DNA from: Octopus bimaculoides
Taxonomy: Eukaryota
Reading direction: 5' to 3'
DNA length: 64,000 bases
Assembly (NCBI RefSeq): GCF_001194135.2
Contig: NC_069001.1
Coordinates: 11,150,590-11,214,589 of the forward strand
Shown: positions 39,060-52,870 of the stretch, one piece after another
How the letters are laid out: the number at the start of each line of letters is the position of its first letter
How positions within the stretch are numbered: the stretch's first letter is position 1
Made by a program: the position numbers and the translations under genes
The notes under the pieces: generated by a model
What the model was told of the DNA's origin: nothing
Seen by the model: only the letters and a program-made list of their open reading frames with translations
The model's database searches: none

Positions 39060-39430
39060 CACAGCCTTGGTCAGGTGTGTCCGGCTGCTATTTCTTTTCG
39101 TTCTTGGAATCACCAAGCTAGCACGTACTTCTTTGCCCCTCCTGTACGTGCTTCACAGGGTTGAAGACATACACACTTCACGTCTGGCTGTACAGCCTTT
39201 TTGTTTGTTTATTTCACCGTTTCGTTTTCCTGTCTTGTTTTCCGTCCGCCATTACCCTCCACGAAACAATTTAATTTGTGTCCGTGGGAAGAACCATTTT
39301 AACGATGCGTACTGCCTTAATTCTTCGAAACGCCGGAGTTTTAATGGTGGCAGCTGATGAAGGGGATGTTTCTATGTGGCCTGCTTGTTTGTTGCACCTT
39401 GTTTACCATTTTGTCCTTGTTGTTTTGCCA
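39060..39430 (+). mobile_element. Probable Penelope-type terminal repeat, third family
   Basis: GC-richer block after a C/T-rich tract, carrying CGAAACG (39326) and CTGATGA (39354); family assignment is inference. Confidence 0.35.
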
Positions 39431-39866
39431 CGTCATGTACCCAGTTATGTATCTATAAGTACATGTAGATGAACGTATATATATACATGTACATATATAT
39501 GCATATACTCATATATATATATATATGCATATACTCATATATATATATACATAAATGTATACATACATGCATACATCATATTGATATACATATGGGTGTA
39601 TGTGTATATATATATATTTGCGTGCGTGTGTGTGTGTGTGTCACATCAGCAGACTGATTTACGTTTTGTGTCTTCTGGATGAATCAGTATCTTGTTTTAG
39701 ATAGACTAGAATTGCATTTCCTTGTCTCGTATGTCTATTCACCATTTACCTCTGACTTGTACATAAGCCTTGCAAATTATTATCTCCCACACAATAAACT
39801 TCTATATGTCGATGTTTGTTTTCACCGTTGAGTGATTATAGTTATTTCATTTTCCCTCCCTTGCCG

Positions 39867-40025
39867 GTTGACGTAGCTGTGATGAGGGCGTCGAAAACAG
39901 AAGTGGTATTCCTTATCTTCCTTTTTGCAGTGTACAGAAACGTCTTAGATAGTTCGCATCCCCACATATATGGCAACTCAGTCTTCTGTCCCAAACTACG
40001 ACGTAAAACTGCAAACCATGGCCTC
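39867..40025 (-). pseudogene. LINE (L1/Tx1-like) ORF1 zinc-knuckle fragment; near-identical inverted copy of 45781-45935
   Basis: GLQFYVVVWDRRLSCHICGDANYLRRFCTLQK (CX2CX4[H>Y]X4C); about 4 substitutions and one 4-bp indel versus the + copy. Confidence 0.7.
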
Positions 40026-41202
40026 TTTTATATTGTCTTCTATTATATTTTCTGTAGCTATGCTGTCGTATGTTTTTTTTTTTATTCAACGGGACTGACG
40101 AAGGGAAATTACGCTGAAATACCGGATTTTTTATAAACACTGCATAATCTATATGTGTGGTGTATTTCAGGTTTCGCATCCATTCCCAACCGGCGCAAAA
40201 ACAAGAGGCAAACACATACAAAGAAACCCAAAACCCCTCCCCCATGTGAAAAAAGAGAAGGAAAAAGTGTAGGATTTATATGTTGCTTAGCAACGAACTG
40301 GTAAGGGATACGGCGGAATGGGACATAAAGTGTATTGGAACTACGGGGTTTGATAACGTGGAGGAACATCACATGTGTGTAATACTTGATAAGAAGCACG
40401 AGGAAAAAATACAAGAGTATAGGTTTGGATTTTGTTTTTGGGAGGTGAACTGCAGCTAGAGCTCATTCCCAGGCTTTTCTACGTACGATAGGTGGTTAGA
40501 GAAAACAGGTATCGATGTGTTAGAAGATTCATGATTTAAATGATAGACAATGAGGTCACTCGTAAGTGGGGCGAGTGGTTCCATTCCCATTTTATCATAT
40601 TCATGTCTTCATACGTTATAGCATTCATTTCTATTTTTATATATGTTTTTTTTTTGTCCCACATGTCTTGTTTTGTCACTTCTGTGTTAGCCCGATGGGT
40701 AATTGAAAAAAAAAAAAGTATTTCAGATTTCGCAGCTAAAACTGTAACAGTTAGCGAGTTTATGGACAGACAAAGCTTCTGTTTTCTCATACCTTTGAGG
40801 TTGGAAAACGGAAATCGGTCTCGCGTGTGACAGAGACGACAATAGTGGAATGGCGTAAAAGACTGCACTCATAAAATTTTGGGAGAGTGTGAGGCTGCAG
40901 AAGTAGACGGCTATGTGTGGCGTAGTGGGACTGTGTCTGAGGCACCCCGAGTTTTAGTCATGAGGTGGGCATATTTCATTCGCGTGTGTCTTTGTGTCTT
41001 TCTTTTTATATTGAATGCGAACGAATGACAAGGAATATTAATCATGGAGAATTTATTATCAAAGGTAGGAGAGTCGGAACATTGATTGCAAGATGTTCTG
41101 TCCTACACTCTACCCACGGAATTAAGGTAAGACAATGCAAAATGCATTGTGATCAGTGGTATATGTGTGCATATGTGTTCAAATTATATGTCCATACACG
41201 AG

Positions 41203-41233
<31 letters not shown>

Positions 41234-41274
41234 CCAAAATTACAGATAAAAAGTCAATTAAAATCAATTTATTA

Positions 41275-41317
<43 letters not shown>

Positions 41318-41614
41318 GGAATCGTACAGCACATGTATGTGAATTAAGGTGATAAATCAATCAAATGAATTAAATTGGGATATGAATATGGAATAAAACA
41401 TTTAAAAAGGTATGTATATAGTATATCGAAGAATAAAAATGGAAGGTATATGGATAGATGAGTTAATATATATATCGAACGGAAATAGATTTGAGCGTTT
41501 ATGAATTTGCGTGTAGCAATAGTTCTAAAAACCGCATTCGTAAATTAACACGTGCCCGCGTCGATTTGCAGTTTAGGGCCTGTATTTTGTCAATTGCTAG
41601 TCATATTATTGCGT

Positions 41615-41800
41615 GAGCGTGAAAGCGCGTGGTTTCGTCGTTATGGTTATTTGGCTCACGATCGTAAGGTCGTGAGTTCGAATCTGGCCGGTGCGTTGAC
41701 TCTTTATTTCACCCTGCTCCAGTCCACTAAGCTGACAAAAAATGAGCAGCATGTCTAATTTAGAGGGCCAGCCTTGTTGCATTCTGTGTCATGCTTAACT
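41615..41800 (+). mobile_element. CORE-type SINE (family S4)
   Basis: B-box GAGTTCGAATC, CORE-like TTTATTTCAC..TGCTCCAGTCCACT.AGCTG.CAAAAAATGAG. Confidence 0.75.
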
Positions 41801-42467
41801 CCTTGAACGCTATCAGGCCATCCTGATATGACCTCCACCAGTGAAAATTTTCAGAAATTTCAGTTATGATTCATTTTTATTCATAAGCTAGTTTTTTGTT
41901 ATTATTTATAATAAATAAACAAATAAAATACCTATTGCCTGTTGTTTGTTTTATTTTCTCACTTCTATCTCCAAAACTGAACTTTAGCGTGTCGTGCCAG
42001 CAATTTTGCTGTGGTACCCCAATGTACAAGAAAGCTTTATAATAATTACACCAGTAAACTGTTTTTGACTTTTTGGGAAGGTCCTTATATGCTGCTCTTG
42101 GATTTTGTTATCTAGCCCTGTTCGGCCATGAATAAGAGCCTAAACTGCGATGTAAAACGGTCTTTTATTGATTAAATAGTTAGCAGTCTAGCAGGTATAT
42201 ATATTATACACGCAGGCTGGAAAACAGGCCTGGCAGCTTGAAACGGTTAATACAATGATGAGGGTACGTGTGTCTGTGGGTCACTCAGCCACCTGCACGT
42301 TAACTCCACAGCACTGTTCAAATGGAACGCTCGTCGTCGTAACCGACACAGTATCTGTTATCGTCTGATCATTTCTAATTAATATAACTGTGAAGTAATG
42401 ATATGGCTATATAAGAATGCAATCTACTTTGTCAAATTATAAATAACACTGCGTTATTCATTTACAT

Positions 42468-42779
42468 CAGTGGTTCCCAAATATTTTCTGGCTGCTACCC
42501 CCTTGACAACCGAGCTACATTCCTAGCGCCTCTTCCCCACCTAATCATCACAAACATAGACCTCTTTCTGAAGCAAATTCAAAGCAACTGCATTTCACAA
42601 ATAAACTTAACCCAATGAACCCATTATTTTATTGTTTTTACACGAATCACCACCCCATTATCATCACAATTTTTACATGAATCGCTACCCCATTATCGCC
42701 CCACTTTTCTCCAACGCCTCCTAGGTACTTTCCACCGTCCGGAGGGAGGGGTCAACATCACCCACTTTGGAAACCACTG
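42468..42779. mobile_element. hAT (Charlie-like) MITE
   Basis: TIRs CAGTGGTTCCCAAA / TTTGGAAACCACTG; 8-bp TSD ATTTACAT / ATTTACAC fitting the nTnTAnAn pattern. Confidence 0.9.
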
Positions 42780-43045
42780 ATTTACACTATTCTTAAACAA
42801 GTTAATCACGGAATTACAATTGCCCTATTACTGGAAGTTAGTAAACGTCCAAAGTTAGAGACAAAATTGATAGCAATTTATTTTTAGACTAATTCACCCA
42901 AATTCAAATTCCGCCGGGTTGTTTGACCTTCATTTCGACTTGGAAACGAAGTCATCATGATAGTCTCTGAGAATGATAAGCGCCCGGCGTTTTCCAATCG
43001 TCTCTTCTCTCTTATTAATTCTAAGCGTATTATTTATTACATTTG

Positions 43046-43446
43046 TGGAGGCGCAATGGCCCAGTGGTTAGGGCAGAGGACTCGCGGTCATAGGAATGCG
43101 GTTTCGATTCGCAGACCGGGCGTTGTGAGTGTTTATTGAGCGAAAACACCTAAAAGCTCCACGAGGCTCCTGCAGGGGATGGTGGCGAACCCTGTTGTAC
43201 TCTTCCACCACAACTTTCTCTCACTCTTACTTCCTGTTTCTGTTATGCCTGTATTTCAAAGGGTCAGCCTTGTCACACTTTGTATCACGCTGAATATCCC
43301 CGAGAACTACGTTAAGGGTACACTCGTGTCTGTGGAGTGCTCAGCCACTTGCACGTTAATTTCACGAGCAGGCTGTTCCGTTGATCGGATCAACTGGAAC
43401 CCTCGACGTCGTCAGCGACGGAGTGCCAACAACAACAACAACAACA
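43046..43446 (+). mobile_element. SINE family S3, full length with (CAA)n tail
   Basis: tRNA head GGCGCAATGGCCCAGTGGTTAGGGC, B-box GTTTCGATTC, central module, 3' module shared with S4, (AAC)n tail. Confidence 0.9.
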
Positions 43447-44150
43447 TTTATTACATTTACATCACAGTTTATGTTTACAGATGTATGTGGTCTGGGACAT
43501 ATGAATATTAAAATAGCTTATTTTAAAGTCAGAATCGTAAGATCCAAGAGAGCTTCCCTTGTTATTTCTAGAGCAAGAGGTGTTATTACTGCGCTGAGGG
43601 TTTTAGCTTGCAGCATATTCTAGAAAACAGTCTCCAACATTTTCAAATATATGATGCTTAAACAACAGAACATTTCAAATTAACCCCTGGCAATCTATGT
43701 CATTTACACTTTGATAGATCGCTTTTCATTGCAGCCCCTTATAACATTAAAAAAATATACATATATATATTTAAACCAAAACCCCGATCGCATTCGAATA
43801 TTTAATGAATTAAATATTCGAATGCAATCTATTTACCATATCCTGTTCTGTGAAATTCTTTATTTCCTATTCTTCAGCCATGTAGAATTGATTAGAAATA
43901 GTACGACATATTACTTCTCATTATTCGCTCTCACTTTCTCTCTCTCTCTCTCTCTATTTCCTTCTGTTTGTGTATCCTTCACTGCCTCAGTATGTATGCG
44001 ATTTGCGAGTGTTTAATCATGTAATAGGCTACAATGCCATGCTTGAATTAAAGTTCAAAGTCAGAATACAATTAAATTGATTTTCTCTTCTTTTAAAATT
44101 CTTTTCTCAATCATGGCGCTTAACATCAATGGCTCTAAATCCAACATGTG

Positions 44151-44185
<35 letters not shown>

Positions 44186-44320
44186 ACGTATATATGTATA
44201 TGTACACCCGTATATATATATGCATATATATGTTTGTGTGTATATATACATATGTGTGTGTATATATATATATATGTGTGTGTATGTGTGTATATATATG
44301 TACGTATATATATATATAAT

Positions 44321-44362
<42 letters not shown>

Positions 44363-44382
44363 ATATATTGATGGCTAAATAG

Positions 44383-44430
<48 letters not shown>

Positions 44431-45399
44431 NNNNNNNNNNGAGAGAGAGAGAGAAAGAGAGAGAGAGAGATGCAAATATATACAGGCACACACACACACA
44501 TATACATATAAGTGTGTGCATCAGATAGTTTATATAAATGTATGAAATAGCACTCAATACGTACATTATAGTACTGACAAAATTTTTAACCAAGAAAAAA
44601 TATCTGATTCAAAGCCTCTGGGCGAAACATTAGACCCTTGAGTTCTAGTTTCTGGCTTTAAAGAACATATGTGTTTGTGTATGTGTGCGTGCGTATGTGC
44701 GTGTGCAATTAATATACATTTTCAAATGTTACTTCTAAAATTGCAAACCTGAGTTTTAGATTATAATGGTTCCCAAACAAGAAATCTATTAATCTATGTT
44801 TATATACGGAATAAAATCTCTTGACAATTGATACTAACTCTTAAAACCGATTGGCTCGTGTAACGGAGCTATATAAAGCTGTACATCTTTAATTCGTTAA
44901 GCGTTATAATATTAGTGAATGGAAAAAATATTCCTCTGTATAAAGCAGATAAATATAAAATATGATATTGACTCCTTAATAAGAGAAAATGTCCGATTTC
45001 TTTGGAGTGTGTATAAGCAATGTACGAGGACGTTTGATGCTCAGCCATTGGATGTTTTATAATATTCCAGCAAACATTTAGCTCTTGTAGTCGCAAGAAT
45101 ATTTCAAGAACATACAAGACGAAAAAGGCAGCACAAAATCAAATTGCATCACAGAATAGTCAATTGCAAATATATATGAAAGAAATAATTAACACTGAAA
45201 TTTTAATAAATGCACAAAAAAAACTTTCGCCTGACTGTAGCAAGCGGAAGCAATTTTATATCGTCTTGTAAGGAGAAGGTGAGGGAGTCTGAACAAAATT
45301 TGCAGAATAACAAAGGAAAGAGAATTAGAGGAAACTTTACCTCCAAAACCTAACAAAAATAACGAGAGAAGAAGAGGAGTCTTCACCTCGGGACAAATT

Positions 45400-46400
45400 C
45401 AAGGGTTATATCTTCATATATTGGACTCAAAACGAGGCGATTTCGACTCAGGCCCAGACTAAAAAGTGCATTGAACTAATAGGACATAAAAACCTGTCAC
45501 TCGTTGAAGTTGTTTCGGTATAGGTGAAGTAAGGTTTAAATCGAAGAAGCGAGGGAAAATTTCCCAGCAACACTAAAGTTGACGAACAGCTCCTGATTCC
45601 AACAAAACTTAGTCTGAGGTAATATTATAAAGAGACATTTTCCTCTGATGGTACATCAGAGGAAGATGTCTCCCTGCTTTTGATGTATAAACACAGAAAA
45701 TGGAATGAACAAGCAGCAAGTCCACGGGATGGCAAAGGACACATGGTCAGACATGGGGAAGAAACTCAATGCAAACACTGGAGGCCATGGTTTGCAGTTT
45801 TACGTCGCAGTTTGGGACAGAAGACTGAGTTGCCATATATGTGGGGATGCGAACTATCTAAGACGTTTCTGCACACTGCAAAAATGAAGATAATACCACT
45901 TCTGTTTTCGACGCCCTCATCACAGCTACATCAACAACAAATGGAGCAGTATCGTAAGCTTAAGAACTGTAGTACCAATAGCAATAACACCAAGCAGAGC
46001 AACAATAGAAACATTATTAAGAAAAACAGTTGCAGATACAAACACTACTTTCCAGAAAAAAATATCACCAACAACAGTATGACCGAAAGAGAGCAAAACA
46101 ATAGTATGACCGAAAGAGGGCAAAATGGAAACCAAGACATCTGTGTAGGCAAATTACTAACGACTGCACCAAATTGCTTAGACTGCAGAAACTCGCCTTG
46201 TGAAGAAATCGGTTTGAATGGCCCACCAGAAGGGATATTTGTGAAGTGGAAGACAAAAAAGTGAAGAATGAAAAAGTTGCAACGGACTAAAAGCAAACAG
46301 CTTAGAGAAGGGTGCACAGACTAACTCCTAATACAACAACCCAACTTGTGAAAATACCAACAAATAGAAGAAGGGAACAATTGCTTCCCAAAGAAATACG
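45400..46400 (+). pseudogene. Decayed LINE (L1/Tx1-like) ORF1 with gag-type zinc knuckle and low-complexity T/K/E tail
   Basis: LQFYVAVWDRRLSCHICGDANYLRRFC; internal 27-bp tandem duplication ACAA.AGTATGACCGAAAGAG.GCAAA at about 46071-46124. Boundaries approximate. Confidence 0.6.
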
Positions 46401-47772
46401 ATAAGTGCTTCTTCCCACTTTCGTCCTCTGTTGTCGAATCTGTCCCTACTTAGAATACACGTGAAGACACTCGGCGTGCGATAGTTTTCGGAGTGGGGTT
46501 ATATACACGAGAACAAATAGTGGTTTATCCGATAGACGAGCTTGTGGGAAAAATGAGCCTGGCAAATTGCGACCACAGCTGCTTCCCGGAACGAAAAGTG
46601 TCTTGGCCCAAATGCATGCAGAAAATCTTGCCATTGTTATCCTGCCTCTTCAGAGGACGTGTTTGTTTATTTTTTTAAAAATAAAAATGCAGCGTTTAAT
46701 AAAATGACAGTGTTTATAGCTGTTGCAGTTAAAGTTTCCGGAGTCTTAAACAGAGCACTGTCACACAGTGTGGCACCACAAAGAGCAGCAGCAACAGCAG
46801 TAGAGTAGCAGCAAAAAGCAGCAGCAACAACTGCATTATATCCCTAATTTTCATCGCTTCCACGTAAAATATCGTTCTCATCATATTCGATATCTCATCA
46901 TACTCCTTATTCTCAATATCTTGTGCATCCCCCTTCCAATAATCAACACCATCATCTTCATATAAATTGTTAACTATTGTTATGTTAGACGTATGCTGTT
47001 ATTAATACCAAGTTGTTACATAAATTTTGTTTTAGGATTTGGTTTGCAACATTCTTTATGTGAATTCGTGTGTTGAAGCATATTTTGTTGTGTCTGGGGA
47101 GAGTCATTCTCTTTTAGTGCTTTATTATTTAACAGACACACCGGGTCGATTTCCACTCATTTACTTATTTATTTTTCTGAAAATTTCGTTATCTTGCAAC
47201 CTTTTCAATAGTCGTTGACTGTCCATTACCCGAGCTGCGTTCTTTTTCTTTGTGTGTATGTGTGTGCGTCAGTGGGTGTGTACATACATGTATGTATGTA
47301 TGTGTGGGTATGCATGCACTTGTTATATAAAGTATTTTCGCTACGTACGTTTCAAAATAAATTGTATTTTCCCATTTATTCTTACATGGTAACAATGAAA
47401 ATGAATAGATTCACCATAGACAATAGAGTGAGTTTGGGACAACAATCTCTGAATTTATCTGTCTGTCCGTTTGACAGTCAATCTTGCTCTATTTTTCTCT
47501 CCCCCCTCTCTCTCTCTCTCTCATACACTCACACACACGTACACACTACGCGCACGCATACTCACACAGACAAGCATAAATTCTGTCTGTCCGTCTGTCT
47601 GTTTCCTCACAAAAATATGATGTATCTGCTTGACAGTATGTGTACCCCCACTCTCTCTCTCTCTCTCTCACTATATCTGTGTATGTATATACGTACATAC
47701 ATGCATATACATATGTGTATATATACACAGAAATAGTATATATTTCCTCATTTATACAAACTAGATGTACAA

Positions 47773-47805
<33 letters not shown>

Positions 47806-49443
47806 GTATACATATGAATATACATTTATACACATATATGCATATATATACATATGCATACATATACATACATATAGACATAGATACATATAGACATACA
47901 TACATATAAACATACATACATATAAACATACATACATATATACATACATACATATACATATAGACATACATACATACATATAGACATACATGCATATATA
48001 CATACATACATATACACATACATACATATACATATAGACATACATACATACATACATATACACATACATATATACANNNNNNNNNNNNNNNNNNNNNNNN
48101 NNNNNNNNNNNNNNNNNNNNNNNNNNNNNNNNNNNNNNNNNNNNNNNNNNNNNNNNNNNNNNNNNNNNNNNNNNNNNNNNNNNNNNNNNNNNNNNNNNNN
48201 NNNNNNNNNNNNNNNNNNNNNNNNNNNNNNNNNNNNNNNNNNNNNNNNNNNNNNNNNNNNNNNNNNNNNNNNNNNNNNNNNNNNNNNNNNNNNNNNNNNN
48301 NNNNNNNNNNNNNNNNNNNNNNNNNNNNNNNNNNNNNNNNNNNNNNNNNNNNNNNNNNNNNNNNNNNNNNNNNNNNNNNNNNNNNNNNNNNNNNNNNNNN
48401 NNNNNNNNNNNNNNNNNNNNNNNNNNNNNNNNNNNNNNNNNNNNNNNNNNNNNNNNNNNNNNNNNNNNNNNNNNNNNNNNNNNNNNNNNNNNNNNNNNNN
48501 NNNNNNNNNNNNNNNNNNNNNNNNNNNNNNNNNNNNNNNNNNNNNNNNNNNNNNNNNNNNNNNNNNNNNNNNNNNNNNNNNNNNNNNNNNNNNNNNNNNN
48601 NNNNNNNNNNNNNNNNNNCACCCCCACCACCGCCGCTCAAATATTCCCGAAGATCCCCTACTACATCATTTATTCTAGTTTTGCAGTGAATTTCAATTCG
48701 ATCAGACAATGGTAATGAAAGATCTAAGAAATGCTGGCTCTGAACGATTATATTGTTTGTCCATAGAAGAATGACATTCGCAAACCTGCAGCATTAAACA
48801 GTTAGAACTGAGTACCCATTACGTTGCACAGGAAACATTCAGCTAGAGTTCAAAGAGTGCATTAGAATTTAGAGTTTGTGAAATTCATGTAATTATTTAT
48901 TATATGACATTCGGTGGGTATACGTTTATATGGCCGGGTATATGTGAATATGTAAGCAGGTGTATATGAATGCAGTCAGCTATCGAAACATACGTATGTA
49001 CTTGTTCGTATATGTGGATATATATATATATATATATATACATACACGTGCGTGTCGTTATGTACATTTGTGTGTATATTTATGTGCATATGTGTTTGTA
49101 TGCGTGAGTGTTTGTGTGTGCGCATGTCTGTGTGTGTGTACAGATATATATATATATACATTATATATATATATATAGATGGCAAGTTAGAGAGAGAAAG
49201 AGTGGCAGACCGAGAGAGAGACTGACAGACCGAGAGGAAGATAGACAGACGGACAGATTGATGGATAGATATGGATAGATAGATAAATAGGCATATAATA
49301 TATATACATATATATAAAGAAAGAGAGAGATAGCTTTATTCATCTTTCTGGACCGTTTTTTGTGATAGGCCCTCAAGCTGATAGTACTACTATACAGTTG
49401 TGATGCATACATACATACATATATACATATGTACGTACGTACA

Positions 49444-50225
49444 TACGATTTTGTTTAAAAAGTTTCCGGGTAAGATATGTTTCATAAAAATCACTTATTT
49501 ACTTAACTTTTAATATTATTCCCTTCGAAATATTCACCTTGTGCAGCAATATATCAGTCGCAGAATTTCTACCACTTTTGGAATCCGATCTAGAAGTTGA
49601 TTTTCATAAGCGAGTCGAGAACTTTCTGCAATTCACTCTGGATCTCGACAACGATGTTAAAATGGTGGCCTTTGAGCTGTATTTTTATCTTGGGGAAACA
49701 GATGGAAGTCAGTAGGGGTAAAGTCTGGTGAATCGAGTGCGCCTGGAAGTGATACCTCGTTGTTTTTGACGAGAAACTCACAAGTTCGAAGGAGTCGATG
49801 ATAGGGTGTATTGTCATCATGAAGAACCAAATTCTTCGCGCTCCACAGATCCGGTCGCTTTCGCCCAATGTCCTCCCCCAAACGCTGGCCTTGGGGAGGG
49901 GGCGAATTCTTGACGCACAATGCCGAATTTCCAGGGGGTGACACTCCTAGCAGCTTTTCCAGATAGTCTTCCAGGGACGCCGTAATCTCAATGTCTTCCC
50001 ATGTTTAACGTGAAATTTCAGGTTGGCTCTTTGTTGCAATTTTATGTCCATATCAAAATCGCTAAGTACTGCATGCATGGGTTCACAAAAACACAAATTA
50101 CACTACTTGCGATGTAAACACAGCAATGTCACTCAGCCCATTGCCACGTGAAGATCACTGTTTGCTCTCGCTGCACGCAACCATGTGCTGCCATCTATTC
50201 ACGCGCTAAAGAACTAGTCCGAGAA
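49444..50225 (-). mobile_element. Internally deleted mariner transposon
   Basis: N-terminus MDIKLQQRANLKFHVKHGK (ATG at 50051) joined to the C-terminal RKRPDLW..LVLHDDNTPYH...DSPDFTPTDFHLFP..LKGHHF; TIR-like TACGATTTTGTTTAAAAAGTTTCCGG at 49444. Confidence 0.9.
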
Positions 50226-50530
50226 AACACAACTTGCAGTCGGTCGTTTAAAATGACGAGTGTTCCAATTAATCCGGCCAATGGAACAGCCTGCTCGTGA
50301 AATTAATGTGAAAGCGGCTAAACATTCCACAGGCACGCGTACCCTAAACATATTTCTCCGGGAGATTTCAGTGTGACCCAGAATGTAACAAGTTTGGCCC
50401 TTTGAAATAGAGGTACAACTCATTTTTGGCCAGCTGAGTGAACTGGAGTAACGTGAAATAAAGTGTCTTGCTCAAGCTCACAACGCCCCACTTGTAATCG
50501 AACTCACGACCCTACTATCGTGAGCCGAAT
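50225..50530 (-). mobile_element. SINE family S4 with head, CORE segment and shared 3' module
   Basis: Reverse complement of the S4 head and CORE joined to the same 3' module as S3 (43250-43420). Confidence 0.8.
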
Positions 50531-50539
50531 ACACTGACC

Positions 50540-50667
50540 ACTGAGTCACGTCAGATTAAAGCACAAAGACGAGGTGAAAGGACAGCAAAAGGAGTTTATT
50601 AGTTTGACACCCAGGAAAAATGGAAGAAGCCTTTAATATTTCGAGCCTATGCCCTTTTGCAGAAAAA
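50540..50667 (-). mobile_element. Penelope-type family B copy with degenerate hammerhead
   Basis: Minus strand TTTTT CTGCAAA A GGGC ATAG GCTC GAAA TATT AAAGG followed by a family-B-like tail. Confidence 0.55.
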
Positions 50668-51752
50668 TAAATGATGAGAGAGAAAAGATGGATGGAAAAG
50701 ATGTAGCTGAATAAAACGGTCGAAACAGCAGCCAAAGAGTAATCTATAGATACATTATATTATACACTATTATGTAATTCAAATTGAAAGACTACATAAA
50801 GGGGCCGTCCTCGTTGCACACAGTGGTGCCCTCTTTTTTCCTGAGAATTATGTTAAAGGTTCGAATGTCAACAGAATGCTCAACCACTTATAATTCAATG
50901 CATACATGTTTCCGTTGATGGAACAACTGGCACACTCATTCAGTGAAGCGGATGCGAGATTCATGTGGCAATGTGTTACATTTGTGAAAAGGACAGCTGA
51001 ATAAGTTTCCGGGTCACCCACCTACACACGCACACAGGCATGCGCACACATATATATACACACACACCTCACATGTGCACATAGCACTGCGTCTATTCAT
51101 AGAAATACAGAGTAACATCTACATGCACTTAAACGTGATATTCTTTATGCGAACATGATATAATACACAGCTTGTGCGCCTACACATGCGCTCACACACA
51201 CAAACGTATCAATAAATGCACAAAACACACACACACACATATACACACGCATACAAACACACACAAACACACACACACAACATAGAAATCGCATACAATC
51301 ACTCATTCACTAATTTACGAGTTGAAACGCGCGCACACACACACAGGTTAATGTAGGAGTTAGGGAATAGAGGAGAGAATGCACCTCAGATTAAATTAAA
51401 ATGAGATTAAAATATAGCAATTATAAAATACAGATAGATATCACATATGCATAAATATCCATAAATGTAATGCTTAAGGGACGATAAGAGATGCAAAGAT
51501 AGCAACTATTCATAATTATGATAGCTTTTCATGCAAATGTGCCCTGATCAAATTGCCTTAGCATCAATAGATATAGCGTATGTTCTTAATTAATGTTTAA
51601 AACGAATACATGGATAAATTCAATGGGTTTTATCAAGGGGAAGATCTAATAATAGGATTCTAAGATTTCATAGGTATTAGAATAATAGATGTGATACTTG
51701 ATCCTGTAGATTTAACTCTTGGGACAAATAAACAAGCATTTGAGGAATTTAC

Positions 51753-51908
51753 TCTGTGGAGTCTTGTATGAGCTACGTTTCTCCATATCATAAGACACTG
51801 GTAATATATGTTCGGGAAGCAGGTTCAATTAGTGATTTTGCCCACTTCCCAAGATACGTTAACAATATTTTCGTTTTCAAGAAACGCGTGAGATCCTCAA
51901 CTGAATTC
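51753..51908 (-). other. Weak candidate exon (possible 5' UTR plus ATG: MEKRSSYKTPQ)
   Basis: Strong acceptor ctttcttatttctactgctttcag| at 51909, ATG at 51786, donor GA|gtaaat at 51752; no frame link to the other exons established. Confidence 0.2.
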
Positions 51909-52870
51909 CTGAAAGCAGTAGAAATAAGAAAGCTTTGATAACGAATCTCGCGAGACCACGCGTATAATTCTATTTAGTCTGTAGACATCCTTTAACAACC
52001 AAGCCAATCTCTTTCACCCTGTATCATCTTAAAAGCCCTCGGCATATGACTATATACATACACGTATACGCACACACTTACTGCTACGCATATATATTTA
52101 TGTATGTATGTCAAGGCTTTTTAATTGGAATTTCAACATCAAAAGCAGGGTATGTATGTATGTATGTATGTTTGTGTGTATATGTGCAGATTTGTATGTT
52201 TTATGTATGTATTGTCATGCATATAGGTGCTCGTATATATTTATATGTATGTACGTACGTATGTATGTATGTATGTTTGCATGCATGTATATATGCATGC
52301 ATGCCTCTTTTTTATTCGTTTCTGTCATTTGACTGCGGCCATGCTGGAGCACCACCTTTAGTCGAACAAATCGACCCCAGAACTTATTCTTTGTAAGCCT
52401 AGTACTTACTTTATCGGTTTCGTTTACCGAACCGCTAATTTACGGGAACGTAAACACACCAACATCGGTTTGCGGGAAGGACTGTTTTAACGAAGTCGCG
52501 TCTTGTCCTTAGCTTCAAAATGCGGAGTAGATAAAACAGGGGACAACTGATAAAGGGAATGTTCTTTATGTTGCCTGTCTCGTTTCTCTGTTTTTCCGTT
52601 GTTCGAAAAAAAAGTTCGTTTTCTGTGTTTTTGTTTTTATGTTTTCGTTTCTCATTGAGTCTTCGTTTTTTTTGCCCTGTACTCATATATGTATGTATAG
52701 CCTCTCGTTCTTCGATCACCGTTTGTTATCTCCCCCTCTTCTTAGCTCTCCTGAAAAAAGAATTTCTAACTTCCGGTCAGTCATTGTTATGATCAGCCAT
52801 TATTATGATTGACCGTTGACTGGACACTATTCAATTTTTTTTCTCCGTGTTTTTCTCCTTGTCTCGGTAT

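Noticed and set aside
39290-39380. Third hammerhead (CGAAACGCC followed by CTGATGAAGGGG)
   Set aside because: Motifs are in permuted order, U16.1 is C, and no stem I forms; at most a decayed remnant.
38387-41126. Plus-strand exon candidates 38387-38429 (GDVRFNMNEVRKET) and 41033-41126 (NINHGEFIIKGRRVGTLIARCSVLHSTHGIK)
   Set aside because: Strong donors, but phases do not link and the peptides are unrecognisable; insufficient evidence for a plus-strand gene.
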